Position numbers and translations under genes: made by a program. DNA of 64,000 nt from Candidatus Moraniibacteriota bacterium (GTDB lineage: Bacteria; Patescibacteriota; Minisyncoccia; Moranbacterales; GCA-2747515). Of the stretch, positions 50,954 through 60,690 are shown in pieces; position 1 is the first letter of the stretch, and each line of letters begins with the position of its first letter. The stretch covers positions 385,734 through 449,733 of the forward strand of contig CP175956.1 in the NCBI GenBank assembly GCA_046116545.1, read 5' to 3'. A model generated the notes under the pieces. It had not been told where the DNA came from, made no database searches, and worked only from the letters and a program-made list of their open reading frames with translations.

Positions 50954-51490
50954 CTACAGAGGAATTTTTTCCACTTTAGGAATCTCCAATTCATACTCCT
51001 TTTTGTAATACCCCATATCACCAGGCTGAAATCCTGCCCAAAGACCTGACATATCTGGAGCTTCATACTCTCCAGAAATGATAGCAACATCTTCTTTGAA
51101 GGTGATCTCATTAACTGTCCATTTTCGCATCCCTCCTATTGAGCTAAAGAACAGCTCTTCTCCTTTAAGTATTACAATGTAACTCCCCGCTGACACCCAG
51201 CTTGTGCCAGAGCTTTTATCGTGTAAACATTGACGGAGACTATCTTCAGTTTCCTCCATCCAAACACTTGTGTCCATACGACTTTCTTGTCGCACAAATA
51301 CAATCTCAATATCTGAGCTTGGACTTGGTAATATATAGATATGACCTCTAAGAAGTTTTTTATATTCATTATTACACCGTCTACCATACACATAACCATA
51401 GTAATGACTACTAATTGTACTAGTGGTATTTTTAACCTTAACCAACATTTTTTCCAGTTTACTCATGACAATCTCCTTGTATATTTTCAT
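50954..51490 (-). CDS. hypothetical protein (member of small-gene tandem array)
   Basis: 178-aa ORF, SD GTAGGAG upstream; conserved upstream motif. Confidence 0.4.
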   Translation of the reverse strand: MKIYKEIVMSKLEKMLVKVKNTTSTISSHYYGYVYGRRCNNEYKKLLRGHIYILPSPSSDIEIVFVRQESRMDTSVWMEETEDSLRQCLHDKSSGTSWVSAGSYIVILKGEELFFSSIGGMRKWTVNEITFKEDVAIISGEYEAPDMSGLWAGFQPGDMGYYKKEYELEIPKVEKIPL

Positions 51491-51502
51491 AAAGAACTTT
51501 CA

Positions 51503-51533
51503 CTCCTACAAAACTATGAGAAATTCATAATCT
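51503..51533 (-). promoter_or_regulatory. conserved upstream motif (copy 2)
   Basis: ctcctacaaaactatgagaaattcataatct. Confidence 0.45.
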
Positions 51534-51549
51534 ATTATTTTTATAAAAC

Positions 51550-51954
51550 TCATTCAGGACGAACTATATATTCTTTGAAGATTTCAACTAATTTTCCATC
51601 CTCAGTATATCCTGTAATACGTCTATAACGCCGAGCAGTTTCTCCTTTGATTTCTTTTTCAAGAAAATTTAAAATTAATTTTGGAAAATCTTCAACCATC
51701 CTATCTATATCAGCACAATCTATAATATGCATCTCATCAAAAACCGATGAGAGATGATCCGTCTTATGATATTCTTTTTTACAAGTGCCGTCGCATCTGC
51801 CAAATACATCTAAATAAATGCTCAAAAAATACTTCCCACTCGAATATAATCTTAAGTGAACGCCTTTATGACATATCATAACAAAATCTTTAGTATCATT
51901 TGACTCATGGGTACTTGATATTGGACCAAAAAAAGTCATTGGCATGTCTTTCAT
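51550..51954 (-). CDS. hypothetical protein (member of small-gene tandem array)
   Basis: 134-aa ORF, SD AAGAGGA 7 nt upstream; conserved upstream motif. Confidence 0.4.
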   Translation of the reverse strand: MKDMPMTFFGPISSTHESNDTKDFVMICHKGVHLRLYSSGKYFLSIYLDVFGRCDGTCKKEYHKTDHLSSVFDEMHIIDCADIDRMVEDFPKLILNFLEKEIKGETARRYRRITGYTEDGKLVEIFKEYIVRPE

Positions 51955-51986
51955 ATTACATCCTCTTTTTTTAAAGAAAAACTACT

Positions 51987-52027
51987 CTCCTACAAAATCA
52001 TGAACTATTCATAATTTTGATTAGAGG
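51987..52027 (-). promoter_or_regulatory. conserved upstream motif (copy 3)
   Basis: ctcctacaaaatcatgaactattcataattttgattagagg. Confidence 0.45.
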
Positions 52028-52073
52028 GGTAAGCAGTTTAGATTTAAACTTCTTACCCTTATGCTGGAATGGA

Positions 52074-52409
52074 CTACCTATAGTCCGCACCTGTTACCAC
52101 ACTTCTAAAGAAATACTCAAATCTCCAACTAGTATCATAATGTTCATAAAATCTTATTTCCTTTATTAATTCTCTTACTCTCTCTATTGTTTCTTTCGGC
52201 ATAAAAATATCAACTGCCCTATTCAATTTATTATTCTTAACATTCTCAAATATGCCCTGTAACAACTCATATAACTCCCTCTGTCTTTTAGAACTATCCA
52301 CAGCAATACCAGATACTACTATTTTCATATCATTGATATAAAAAGTGTATTGTATTGAACATGATACGCTCATTCCCATTCCTTCCTGCAAAGTAACTTT
52401 CATTATCAT
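52074..52409 (-). CDS. hypothetical protein (fourth member of small-gene tandem array; lacks the upstream motif)
   Basis: 111-aa ORF. Confidence 0.35.
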   Translation of the reverse strand: MIMKVTLQEGMGMSVSCSIQYTFYINDMKIVVSGIAVDSSKRQRELYELLQGIFENVKNNKLNRAVDIFMPKETIERVRELIKEIRFYEHYDTSWRFEYFFRSVVTGADYR

Positions 52410-52651
52410 CTCCCTATTTTTGAGTTATTTTCTTTAAAAAAACTGTTTATTACGATTTCTTTAGTGTTTCATCGTAACAGTGTATAATACCCCATTTTTA
52501 CAAGGAAGTCAATATTTGTGTCTAGTTTTATGTTGTAAAATGCTTATTTTTTGTGTTAAATGCTAGGTTTGTGGGTTATTTTATATTTAGTAGTCAGTAT
52601 TATTGACTATTTGGGTTATTTGTGATATACTTGTGTTATCCTAAGGCTTTC

Positions 52652-52748
52652 GTCATTACGGGGAGGTACGACGAGGCAATCTCGATAAATTTTACGATAA
52701 TCTTACTGAGTTTGCTTCCTCGTCGTACCTCCTCCTCGCAAAGACAAT
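52652..52748. repeat. complete MITE-like element with terminal inverted repeats
   Basis: gtcattacggggaggtacgacgagg ... cctcgtcgtacctcctcctcgcaaagacaa. Confidence 0.6.
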
Positions 52749-52758
52749 AGTCCTCTAT

Positions 52759-52850
52759 TTGTCATTCCCGCGAAGGCGGGAATTTTTCGAAAAGTACAGA
52801 TACATTCATTTTACATGCAGAAAGATACCTGCCTTCGCAGGTATGACACA
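52759..52850. repeat. two further palindromic units (tttgtcattcccgcgaaggcgggaat; acctgccttcgcaggtatgacaca)
   Basis: stems with GAAG/CTTC loops flanked by gtcatt / atgaca motifs. Confidence 0.5.
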
Positions 52851-52905
52851 ATTAATTTCACGGGACTAGTCTACTACTAACTTAATCCTTATAAATCAAA
52901 ATATT

Positions 52906-53649
52906 ATGGAAAAAGTAAAAGCACTTGAGGATTTGGGACTTAGTGAGAAGGAAGCAAAAGTTTATCTTGCTCTTTTGGAGTTGGGTCAGGCTTCTGCTTA
53001 TCGCGTGGCTCAGAAATCCGGTGTCAAAAAACCAACAACTTATGTGTTGTTGGATGAACTTCGGAAGAAGGAACTAGTTATCAAGATGCCCGGAGATGCT
53101 ACTCAGATGTTTATTGCCAAATCTCCTGAGGAGTTTTTTGCATCTGCGAGGTATCGAGTTAATAATGCTATTGAGAGTTTGCCTGAGATTCTCTCTGTCA
53201 TGAAAAAACAAAACAAAGTACGTACTATGTACTTTGAAGGCATCAATGGCTTAAAACAAGCACTGTGGCATGAAATGAAGTCGAATGCTGGTGGTGAACT
53301 CATTGGGTTTTATGCTAAGGCTGAAAATATGAGTAAAGAGCTCTATGACCTGACATGGAAGTGGGCTGAAGATACAAAAAAATACGATATATCATTAAGG
53401 GGTTTTGTACCTACACATGATACTGTCACGGACTATCGTAAAGCTGACAAAAAATATAATCGTGAGATGAGACCACTGCCCTACGAAGATTATTCATCAG
53501 AAACATCTCTTGATGTAATGAATGACTTTGTTCGCATAATTGATCTAACTGCAGATAATCCTCAAGCAATAATTATAGAAAATGAGCGAATGGCAAAAAT
53601 GGTAAGACAAATTTTTGAAATGATGTGGAAATTAACCACTCCTAGTTAA
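52906..53649 (+). CDS. TrmB-family transcriptional regulator (intact paralog)
   Basis: N-terminal wHTH LGLSEKEAKVYLALLELGQASAYRVAQKSGVKKPTTYVLLDELRKKELV typical of TrmB; 247 aa. Confidence 0.65.
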   Translation: MEKVKALEDLGLSEKEAKVYLALLELGQASAYRVAQKSGVKKPTTYVLLDELRKKELVIKMPGDATQMFIAKSPEEFFASARYRVNNAIESLPEILSVMKKQNKVRTMYFEGINGLKQALWHEMKSNAGGELIGFYAKAENMSKELYDLTWKWAEDTKKYDISLRGFVPTHDTVTDYRKADKKYNREMRPLPYEDYSSETSLDVMNDFVRIIDLTADNPQAIIIENERMAKMVRQIFEMMWKLTTPS

Positions 53650-53695
53650 ATAGGTTTATTTTTATGAATTGAACTATATATAATGCTATCGAAAG

Positions 53696-53746
53696 ATTCC
53701 CGCCAGAGTTTATACTCGAGCTTGCTCAAGTGCTGGAATGACAAAG
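53696..53746. repeat. degenerate TGTCATT-family unit (minus-strand orientation)
   Basis: attcccgccagag...ctggaatgacaaag. Confidence 0.35.
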
Positions 53747-53945
53747 TGATATCATTAGACTTTTTGCAGAACTATTCAATTGTACTTGCCGTATTCAGAA
53801 CATGAGCTAGGTGAAATATGTCCTCGGATAGAAATATCTAAACTAATAATTCTATGACATATTTATAGCTTTGAGATCTCTCGACTCCGCTATCACTATA
53901 CTCAAGATGGCAAATTCATGAGGATTTTGTAAGAAGTCTATTATA

Positions 53946-53986
53946 AAAAGCCTCTGGAATATAAATATTCCAGAGGCTTTTTTTCT
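53946..53986. terminator. bidirectional intrinsic terminator
   Basis: aaaagcctctggaatat-aaat-attccagaggcttttttt. Confidence 0.75.
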
Positions 53987-54443
53987 ACAACCTTACCCAA
54001 TTTATTTCATTATAACAACTTTTTGTTTGTATAAAAAAATATCTTTTATTACAATGTCTTACGTCTATAATTTCTGCGTGACGACAAGCTCCTGTAAAAT
54101 GGCTAGTATCTCCATTATGACTGATTTTAATGTTATGACTCATTTGCTGTGAAAAGTCTTTTCTTGGTAATCCAAAATTTTCTATCTTATCTCTATCATA
54201 AATTTCTGACTCATAATAATCAAACAATCTTATATCACCAAATCTGGATATTTGCTTAATTACCCTGATCTGCAATGAGCCGCTTACAAGTATCCTCTCT
54301 TCCTGAGTACTTACTACATGTCCTGTAAGTTTAATAAATTCCATTGGGACAACTATTGCTCCGCCATTTATTGGCACATCAAACCTCTCCTGTGCTGGTT
54401 GAAATAAACATTTTCTTACTTGTACTCTTTCCTCTCGATCCAT
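53985..54443 (-). CDS. hypothetical protein
   Basis: 152-aa ORF; His-rich patches (HNIKISHNGDTSHFTGACRH) but no secure family. Confidence 0.3.
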   Translation of the reverse strand: MDREERVQVRKCLFQPAQERFDVPINGGAIVVPMEFIKLTGHVVSTQEERILVSGSLQIRVIKQISRFGDIRLFDYYESEIYDRDKIENFGLPRKDFSQQMSHNIKISHNGDTSHFTGACRHAEIIDVRHCNKRYFFIQTKSCYNEINWVRL

Positions 54444-54601
54444 AAGTATCCTCCCTGTTTATAAACATAGGCCTACTGCAAATGAACATATTTTAAGTAA
54501 CTATTTCTATCCCTAAATTAACATTTTTGCAATAAAAAAACAACCCAGAACTTTCAAAACTAGATTGTTTTTTATTTTAATAATTCTATATAACTACTTG
54601 C

Positions 54602-54835
54602 CTATAGAAGTCCCATTAAATTGAATAGAGTCATCGTCATTGCTGGCACTAATGCTAACAATACAGCGAACTCTGTGTCGTTTGAGTGTTTGTGCAATCG
54701 AAAACTTTTCATTTGTGTTTGCCCTGTTTCTGTTGATGTTGATTCCTCTGTTGTTGGTTCTTCTGGTGTTACTACAGCATCTTCATCACCACCACATTGG
54801 CAGCCACATGTTGCACATTTTTTTAATTCAGCCAT
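54602..54835 (-). CDS. small Cys-rich, C-terminally membrane-anchored peptide (hypothetical); coding strand ambiguous
   Basis: MAELKKCATCGCQCGGDED... then acidic linker and C-terminal TM (FAVLLALVPAMTMTLFNLMGLL); antisense ORF 54640..54858 (His-rich tail) is an alternative. Confidence 0.25.
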   Translation of the reverse strand: MAELKKCATCGCQCGGDEDAVVTPEEPTTEESTSTETGQTQMKSFRLHKHSNDTEFAVLLALVPAMTMTLFNLMGLL

Positions 54836-55093
54836 ATGTTTATATTTATTTTAATTAATTTTATTTTTGTTTTTTCTTGCTTTACTTTTTTATATTCTAT
54901 TGTCTTTTACTTTTTCTATGATGCAATATATTGCATGTCACTTTTGTATCTTATTAAGCCGAGGACCAGTTTTTCATAATCGACCAAAAAAAGAAAAACC
55001 GGGTGACATTGGTCTCGATGACCCACCCGGCTTTAATTCATCAATATAACTATTATAGCACGCAAAAACGCTTTTGTCAAACTAGCAAAAAGA

Positions 55094-56269
55094 ATGTATT
55101 ATTCAACTATGAATATACATTTTCTCAAATCAAAAAAGTTTTATATCTCTTGTTGTGTTTTAATAATGATTGGCACGATTGGTTTTCTTGCTCCAAAACT
55201 TATAGCAAAAAATGAACCTGTTCCCACATTTGCTATTCCTCCCTTTATAGAAAAGAAAGTTGTAATAACTGAACCTGTAAAAGTATGGCCAGTTCCTGAT
55301 ATGGCAAAAATGAAAACTAACGGCTGTGTTGCTGATGGACTTTTGAGTGGTTACAATCGTACAAGTAAAGATGTGAAAGTTGCTCATGATAGTGATTGTT
55401 ACTATTTTTCACGTGCTATTGAAACATGGTTAGACTCCCCTGACTTTCGTGAGGCGGGGAAAATTATGAAGAAGGTAAATAGAGACGATGTCTTGTATGG
55501 AATGTTTATAGCTGAAGCTATAAATAAAAAAGAGAATTATGTTTACTACGAAGAAGATAGAAAGTTTGACTTTGGTGAGATGTGTAAAAAAAATAGCAAA
55601 AATTTTTGGGGTGAGCACACTTGTAAACCATCCCTAGCCGAAGAAGAATACCGTAAATATTTAAAACAAATTACTCATGAAGCTATGGATATGGGCCTAC
55701 AAGTTTTTCTATTTGGTCAAATATACCATCAAGAAGAAGATTTGGATGAACCGTGGGCACCAATCGTACTCGAAGATATGCGTGAATATGCGAAAAGTAA
55801 AAATATGCATATTATAATTGGTGCTCAAACAAATGATATTAATGATTCTGAATATTTAAATTTATTTGACTTTATAGAAGGTGGTGTGGGACTTCATGTT
55901 GATGGTACTGTTGAGGATGGTCCTTGCTTCTCTCGGTGGCATGATGGTGAAAGTGGTTGGTGTTGGGCACTGCTATGGAATGATAAGTTCAAAAATGATG
56001 CAAAAAATGTATTTGTGCATTTTGATTGGAGTGGTGTCAAAGGTGATGATATGAGTACATTTGCTCGTATGAGCACAGAGTTACGTCATGAAACTCTATA
56101 CAATTTATACCATAAATTTAATTCTCAAGATGTTGGCTTTCTCATGCCTATTATATCACCTCTTCCAAAAGACAATGGTGGTTGTTATGGTCCTCGCAAA
56201 AGCTTTTATTCACCTAGCATGAAATATGACTGTAAAGATTTAGATGCTATAAATGAAATACTACCTTAA
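55094..56269 (+). CDS. exported/membrane-anchored hypothetical protein
   Basis: signal anchor FYISCCVLIMIGTIGFLAP; 391 aa, Trp/Asp-rich, many Cys; no family recognised. Confidence 0.45.
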   Translation: MYYSTMNIHFLKSKKFYISCCVLIMIGTIGFLAPKLIAKNEPVPTFAIPPFIEKKVVITEPVKVWPVPDMAKMKTNGCVADGLLSGYNRTSKDVKVAHDSDCYYFSRAIETWLDSPDFREAGKIMKKVNRDDVLYGMFIAEAINKKENYVYYEEDRKFDFGEMCKKNSKNFWGEHTCKPSLAEEEYRKYLKQITHEAMDMGLQVFLFGQIYHQEEDLDEPWAPIVLEDMREYAKSKNMHIIIGAQTNDINDSEYLNLFDFIEGGVGLHVDGTVEDGPCFSRWHDGESGWCWALLWNDKFKNDAKNVFVHFDWSGVKGDDMSTFARMSTELRHETLYNLYHKFNSQDVGFLMPIISPLPKDNGGCYGPRKSFYSPSMKYDCKDLDAINEILP

Positions 56270-56299
56270 CTAAGTTTAAGGATGTATTTTTACAAAAAC

Positions 56300-56333
56300 A
56301 AAAACCACTCTATAAAAAGTAGAGTGGTTTTTT
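56300..56333. terminator. bidirectional terminator between convergent genes
   Basis: aaaaccactcta-taaaaag-tagagtggtttttt. Confidence 0.75.
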
Positions 56334-56352
56334 ATGCATGCGTTACTAAAAT

Positions 56353-59300
56353 CTAGTCTTGAACAACTGGTGTCCAATTATCAGATCCTGTACATACGAA
56401 TAGGTATACTTCTGAAGAATTACCTCCAACAGTAACCGTACTTCCATTAGTGTCCACAAATATTTCACCTGTAGAACATCCCGCTGGTGCAGAAGTTCCA
56501 TGATCAATTATTGTATGTGCACTACTGAAGTCTGCATCACCATCAACTGACAAATCATTTGCAATAGTAACATCATTACTTACAGTAATATTATCAGCAT
56601 CAAGGTCATCTACATCGTCAATATCAGTATCACCCATATCGATACCTCCATTAGCTGTAAGAAGTCCAGATAATGTAGCAGTTCCAATATTTGTAATATT
56701 GCCACCATTCATATCTAGTCCACCTGTGATGTTTAATCCACCTGATGAAACTGTAAGAGTGTCACCAAACGTAGATGTTGTTGTAACACTTAATGAATCT
56801 ACATCAGCATTACTTGCAATAGTTATGCCTTCAAACATTGCATCACCAGTTGCTCGTATTTCCCAATCAGCGTCAAAGATTGCTGTATCAGCACCATTAT
56901 GACCAATTCTGATTTGAGCTGCATCAGCTCCAGCTGTTCCAAGATTTATAACTGAATCAGGTCCTCCTGTATTATCAGCATTTGTAAGACCTGTTAAGAA
57001 ATTCAATGAATCAGCATAGATTGTAGACCATCTAGATCCACTCGTACCAAGAGCATCACCAGTAATTACACCGTCAACATCAAGATTAGTTTTACCTACT
57101 CCTGCATTACGGATATTTAATGTATTACTTGTTGATACTAACTCACCACCAACCATAGACAATGTACCATCAGTTATTTCTGTTGCAGTAACTGTTCCAG
57201 TAGTTGTCAAAGCTATATCATCAGCTAAGTCATCATTTGTTATAGTCCCATCTAAAATTTTATCAGTTGTAACTGCATCGCTAGCAAGTTTTACATTTGT
57301 TACAGCAGTATCTGCTAATTTTGCAGAAGAAACTGCTAGATCAGCAATTTTAGCTGTTGTTACTGCATTGTCTCTAATCGCTAGAGTTGCATATTGACCA
57401 AACACATCACCATCAAAATTTGTAGTTGTATATAGACCATTTGTTACAGTGTCTGCATTTCCTGTTAGGTCTCCTATGAAATTAGGAGAAGTAATAGTAC
57501 TAGTTGTAGCAATTGTAATATCATTTGCTAAATCATCACCTGTAATTGTATTATCTACAACCTTATCAGTTGTAACAGCATCACTAGCAAGTTTTACATT
57601 TGTTATAGCAGCATCTGCAATTTTAGCTGTTGTTACTGCACTGTCAACTATTTTAGCTGTTGTTACTGAATTATCTGCAAGTTTAGCAGGTGTAATTGCA
57701 CTGTCTGCAATTTTACCTTCTACTATTGAAGCATCAGCAATTTTACTTGTTATTACTGAACCGTCTGCAAGCTTAGAAGTAGTTACAGCAGTATCAACAA
57801 TTTTAGCTGTTGTTACTGAACCGTCTGCTAGTTTTATTTCTGTTATTGCGTTATTTAGCACCTTTGCAGTAGTAACTGCATCATCTGCTAAATCAATTGT
57901 AACTATTGTACCATCTTCTATTTTTCCACTTGTTACAGCACCGTCAACTATTTTAATAGTAGTCACACTACCATCAGCAAGTTTTACAGTCGTTATAATT
58001 CCATCTGCAAGATCTCCTACCAAAATTGTACCATCAACTATTTTACCAGTTGTAACACTATTATCAGCAAGTTTTATAGTTGTTATAGCTCCATCTACAA
58101 GTTTTCCGCCTGTGATCGTAGCATCAAGAATTTTTGCAGCAGTTACAGAACCATCAGCAAGTTTTACAGTTGTTATAGCTAAATCTTCAACCTTTGAAGT
58201 TACTACAGCACCATCTGCTAATTTTATTTCTGTTATTGCATTATCTTGAATCTTTGCAGTAGATACTGAACCATCTGCAAGATTTGTTTCAACTATAGTA
58301 CCATTTGCTAATTTACCAGCAGTTACAGCACCATCAGCAATTTTACTTGTTATTACTGAACCATCTGCAAGTTTAGAAACAATAACTGCACTATCAGCTA
58401 ATTGAATACTACCAACTCCCCCATCGGCAATACCTATATCATCAGTTCCAACAGTTATTCCTGTTCCTGCTCCAATATTTAGAGTTACTGTAGCAGTAGT
58501 TCCACCACCAGTAAGTCCATCACCAGCAACAACATCACTTATAGTACCTGTTCCAACATTTGCTTCTATTGTCCAAGAACCATCAACATTATTTGTAACA
58601 GTTGTGTTTGGACCAGCAACAATTGACTTCACCATGCTTCCATCAGAAGCAAGTTTATCTCCTGTCAAAGTTCCATCAGCTACTTGAGCTCCTGTGATTT
58701 GACCCACAATTTTTGAAGCTGCAACACCTGTTAACCAAGATGGATCATTGTATGAACCAGTTGTATAAACACCATCAGTTACAGTTTCTGCATTTCCTGT
58801 AATGTTTGCAACTACATCAGATGTGAATGTTTTTACACCATCTATGATTTGATCACCAATAGTATAAACACCATTAGTTACAGTATCTGCATTACCTGTT
58901 AAATTTCCATTTATATTTCCTGCTGTAATATCACCAGTTGTAGTAATGTTTCCACCAGTTAGCACTGTAGTTCCATCAGTAAATGATAGCGCTGTTACAG
59001 TACCTGTTGAATTAATAGTAATATCAGCAGCTAATTTTACCCCACTAATTTCACCATCTCCTATTTTTACATTTGTTACAGCACCATCGGCAATTTTCAC
59101 TGTAGTCACAGATCCATCTGCTAATTTTACTGTTGTTACAGCACCATCTGCTAATTTACCATTAGTTACTGCTCCATTTTCTATTTTTGCAGTCATCACT
59201 GCATCATCTGCAAGTTTCACACCAGTAATAGCACCATCAGTGATTTTACCAGTTGTTATACTTCCATCTGCAAGTTTTATATTTGTTATTGCTCCATTCT

Positions 59301-59760
59301 CTACTTTTGCAGTAGAAACAGCACCATCGGCAATTTTGACAGAAACAACTGCTCCATCCATTATCTTGCCAGATACTATAGCACCGTCTTCGATCTTTAC
59401 ACTTGTAATAGATCCATCTTCAAGTTTGGTTGCAGTCAAAACTCCGTCTTTAAGATCATCCGCTTGGATTTGACCATCAAGATCAAGTTTTTTGTATGCA
59501 ATTTTTGCATTACTTGAGATATCTTCGTTCTTAATTCGTTTTGCAAATGTAATCATTTGCGCAACAGTACCATCCTTAAGTACTACCGGCACCATACTCC
59601 TAACTATAGCTTCTCTAGTTTTTGCATTTGTTTGCAAAAAACTAATACCCACCACTAAAACAGTAACCATCGCAATGATTGTTACTTTTTGTAGAGATGA
59701 TACTCCACGCTTCACATTTATGAAACGAGCTTCTCCTCTTTTATCGTTTTTTAAATTCAT
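56353..59760 (-). CDS. 1135-aa membrane-anchored surface protein built from ~14-residue phage-tail-fibre-type tandem repeats
   Basis: N-terminal TM (VTIIAMVTVLVVGISFL); dozens of repeats of the form (K/T)(I/L)ADG(A/S)VT(T/S)xKIxDGAIT; tail-fibre-like blocks LTGNADTVTNGVYT(I/T); plus-strand ORFs 57449..58249 and 58946..59473 are antisense shadows. Confidence 0.7.
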   Translation of the reverse strand: MNLKNDKRGEARFINVKRGVSSLQKVTIIAMVTVLVVGISFLQTNAKTREAIVRSMVPVVLKDGTVAQMITFAKRIKNEDISSNAKIAYKKLDLDGQIQADDLKDGVLTATKLEDGSITSVKIEDGAIVSGKIMDGAVVSVKIADGAVSTAKVENGAITNIKLADGSITTGKITDGAITGVKLADDAVMTAKIENGAVTNGKLADGAVTTVKLADGSVTTVKIADGAVTNVKIGDGEISGVKLAADITINSTGTVTALSFTDGTTVLTGGNITTTGDITAGNINGNLTGNADTVTNGVYTIGDQIIDGVKTFTSDVVANITGNAETVTDGVYTTGSYNDPSWLTGVAASKIVGQITGAQVADGTLTGDKLASDGSMVKSIVAGPNTTVTNNVDGSWTIEANVGTGTISDVVAGDGLTGGGTTATVTLNIGAGTGITVGTDDIGIADGGVGSIQLADSAVIVSKLADGSVITSKIADGAVTAGKLANGTIVETNLADGSVSTAKIQDNAITEIKLADGAVVTSKVEDLAITTVKLADGSVTAAKILDATITGGKLVDGAITTIKLADNSVTTGKIVDGTILVGDLADGIITTVKLADGSVTTIKIVDGAVTSGKIEDGTIVTIDLADDAVTTAKVLNNAITEIKLADGSVTTAKIVDTAVTTSKLADGSVITSKIADASIVEGKIADSAITPAKLADNSVTTAKIVDSAVTTAKIADAAITNVKLASDAVTTDKVVDNTITGDDLANDITIATTSTITSPNFIGDLTGNADTVTNGLYTTTNFDGDVFGQYATLAIRDNAVTTAKIADLAVSSAKLADTAVTNVKLASDAVTTDKILDGTITNDDLADDIALTTTGTVTATEITDGTLSMVGGELVSTSNTLNIRNAGVGKTNLDVDGVITGDALGTSGSRWSTIYADSLNFLTGLTNADNTGGPDSVINLGTAGADAAQIRIGHNGADTAIFDADWEIRATGDAMFEGITIASNADVDSLSVTTTSTFGDTLTVSSGGLNITGGLDMNGGNITNIGTATLSGLLTANGGIDMGDTDIDDVDDLDADNITVSNDVTIANDLSVDGDADFSSAHTIIDHGTSAPAGCSTGEIFVDTNGSTVTVGGNSSEVYLFVCTGSDNWTPVVQD
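57560..59480 (-). repeat. in-frame tandem 42-nt (14-aa) coding repeats within the tail-fibre-repeat protein gene (two blocks, approx.)
   Basis: protein-level periodicity KIxDGAVTxxKLADGSVTT...; nucleotide copies divergent. Confidence 0.55.
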
Positions 59761-59857
59761 AATGTTTTAAATTAACAAATTAATAACATTTTAAAATAAC
59801 CATATACTTTAGCATGTTTTATAAATTTTGTCAATACTCTATCTACACTAAAACAAA

Positions 59858-59892
59858 AAAACGCATCAATGCTGTGCATTGATACGTTTTTT
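59858..59892 (-). terminator. terminator
   Basis: aaaaaaacgcatcaatgc-tgt-gcattgatacgtttttt (one mismatch in stem). Confidence 0.6.
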
Positions 59893-59915
59893 ATGTTTTC
59901 TTTAAATTTTGAAAA

Positions 59916-60527
59916 TTATTTTATAAAATCAGATTCATTCACATTAAAATCTATTGAATTGAAAAATGCTTCAAAATCCTTTCTGAAAAAATCATATTGT
60001 TGTTCACCTGTTCCACATATCATAAAATAATTAAGATTATTGTTTGATACAAATACTTGCTCAAGCTGAACTCGTGCACCTATTGGATCAAGAAATGAAA
60101 ACGAAACTTTAAAAGCATCTTTTCCATCAATTAACACTTTTTCTTTTGAAATTATTTTAAAATCCTTTGCATTTTTACTCATCTCACCTGTTATCTCTTG
60201 GGCTAACTCATCTATCTTTTTTGAATAATCAAGTTTTGGTCCATCTATACGCACATCACAGCCTGTTCTATTGTCAGTTTTCAACTTTATCCCAACAACA
60301 TAACCTTCACCATATTTATTTTGTATATCTCCATCAATTTCAAAAATTGTAGAATACTCAAATTTTATATTTGGCGCAAGTCCCTTATATTCTTTTATTT
60401 CCACTTGTTGTAATTGAAAATTAAATCTCCACCCAAACATATCGTTTTGAGAAAAATAATACAAAAATCCAGAAATAATGAACAATGTAATTAAAATTCC
60501 TATTAACACTTTTATTGAACTTTTCAT
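59916..60527 (-). CDS. membrane-anchored hypothetical protein
   Basis: N-terminal TM VLIGILITLFIISGFLYYF; 203 aa. Confidence 0.4.
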   Translation of the reverse strand: MKSSIKVLIGILITLFIISGFLYYFSQNDMFGWRFNFQLQQVEIKEYKGLAPNIKFEYSTIFEIDGDIQNKYGEGYVVGIKLKTDNRTGCDVRIDGPKLDYSKKIDELAQEITGEMSKNAKDFKIISKEKVLIDGKDAFKVSFSFLDPIGARVQLEQVFVSNNNLNYFMICGTGEQQYDFFRKDFEAFFNSIDFNVNESDFIK

Positions 60528-60607
60528 AATCCTACTTATTTAAAAACTATAATAATATAAAACTATAGCATATTTTTGAAGGATTGTCAATGATACAAAA
60601 TTTAATT

Positions 60608-60644
60608 AAAACAAGGTTGGTTTTTAAAAACCAACCTTGTTTTA
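60608..60644. terminator. bidirectional terminator
   Basis: aaaacaaggttggttttt-aaaaaccaaccttgtttt perfect 14-bp palindrome. Confidence 0.7.
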
Positions 60645-60690
60645 CTACTTTAGCGTTCCCACTCCCCCTAAATATCCTTATTTAGTCGTA

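Noticed and set aside
57449-59473. Plus-strand ORFs 57449..58249 (266 aa) and 58946..59473 (175 aa)
   Set aside because: They lie wholly inside the minus-strand 1135-aa repeat protein gene and are low-complexity Ser/Ala/Val/Thr-rich mirror translations of the 42-nt repeats; they are shadow ORFs
56353-59760. CRISPR-like periodic repeats
   Set aside because: The periodicity is 42 nt in-frame coding repeats with divergent copies and no spacer/repeat alternation or cas genes; it is a protein tandem repeat
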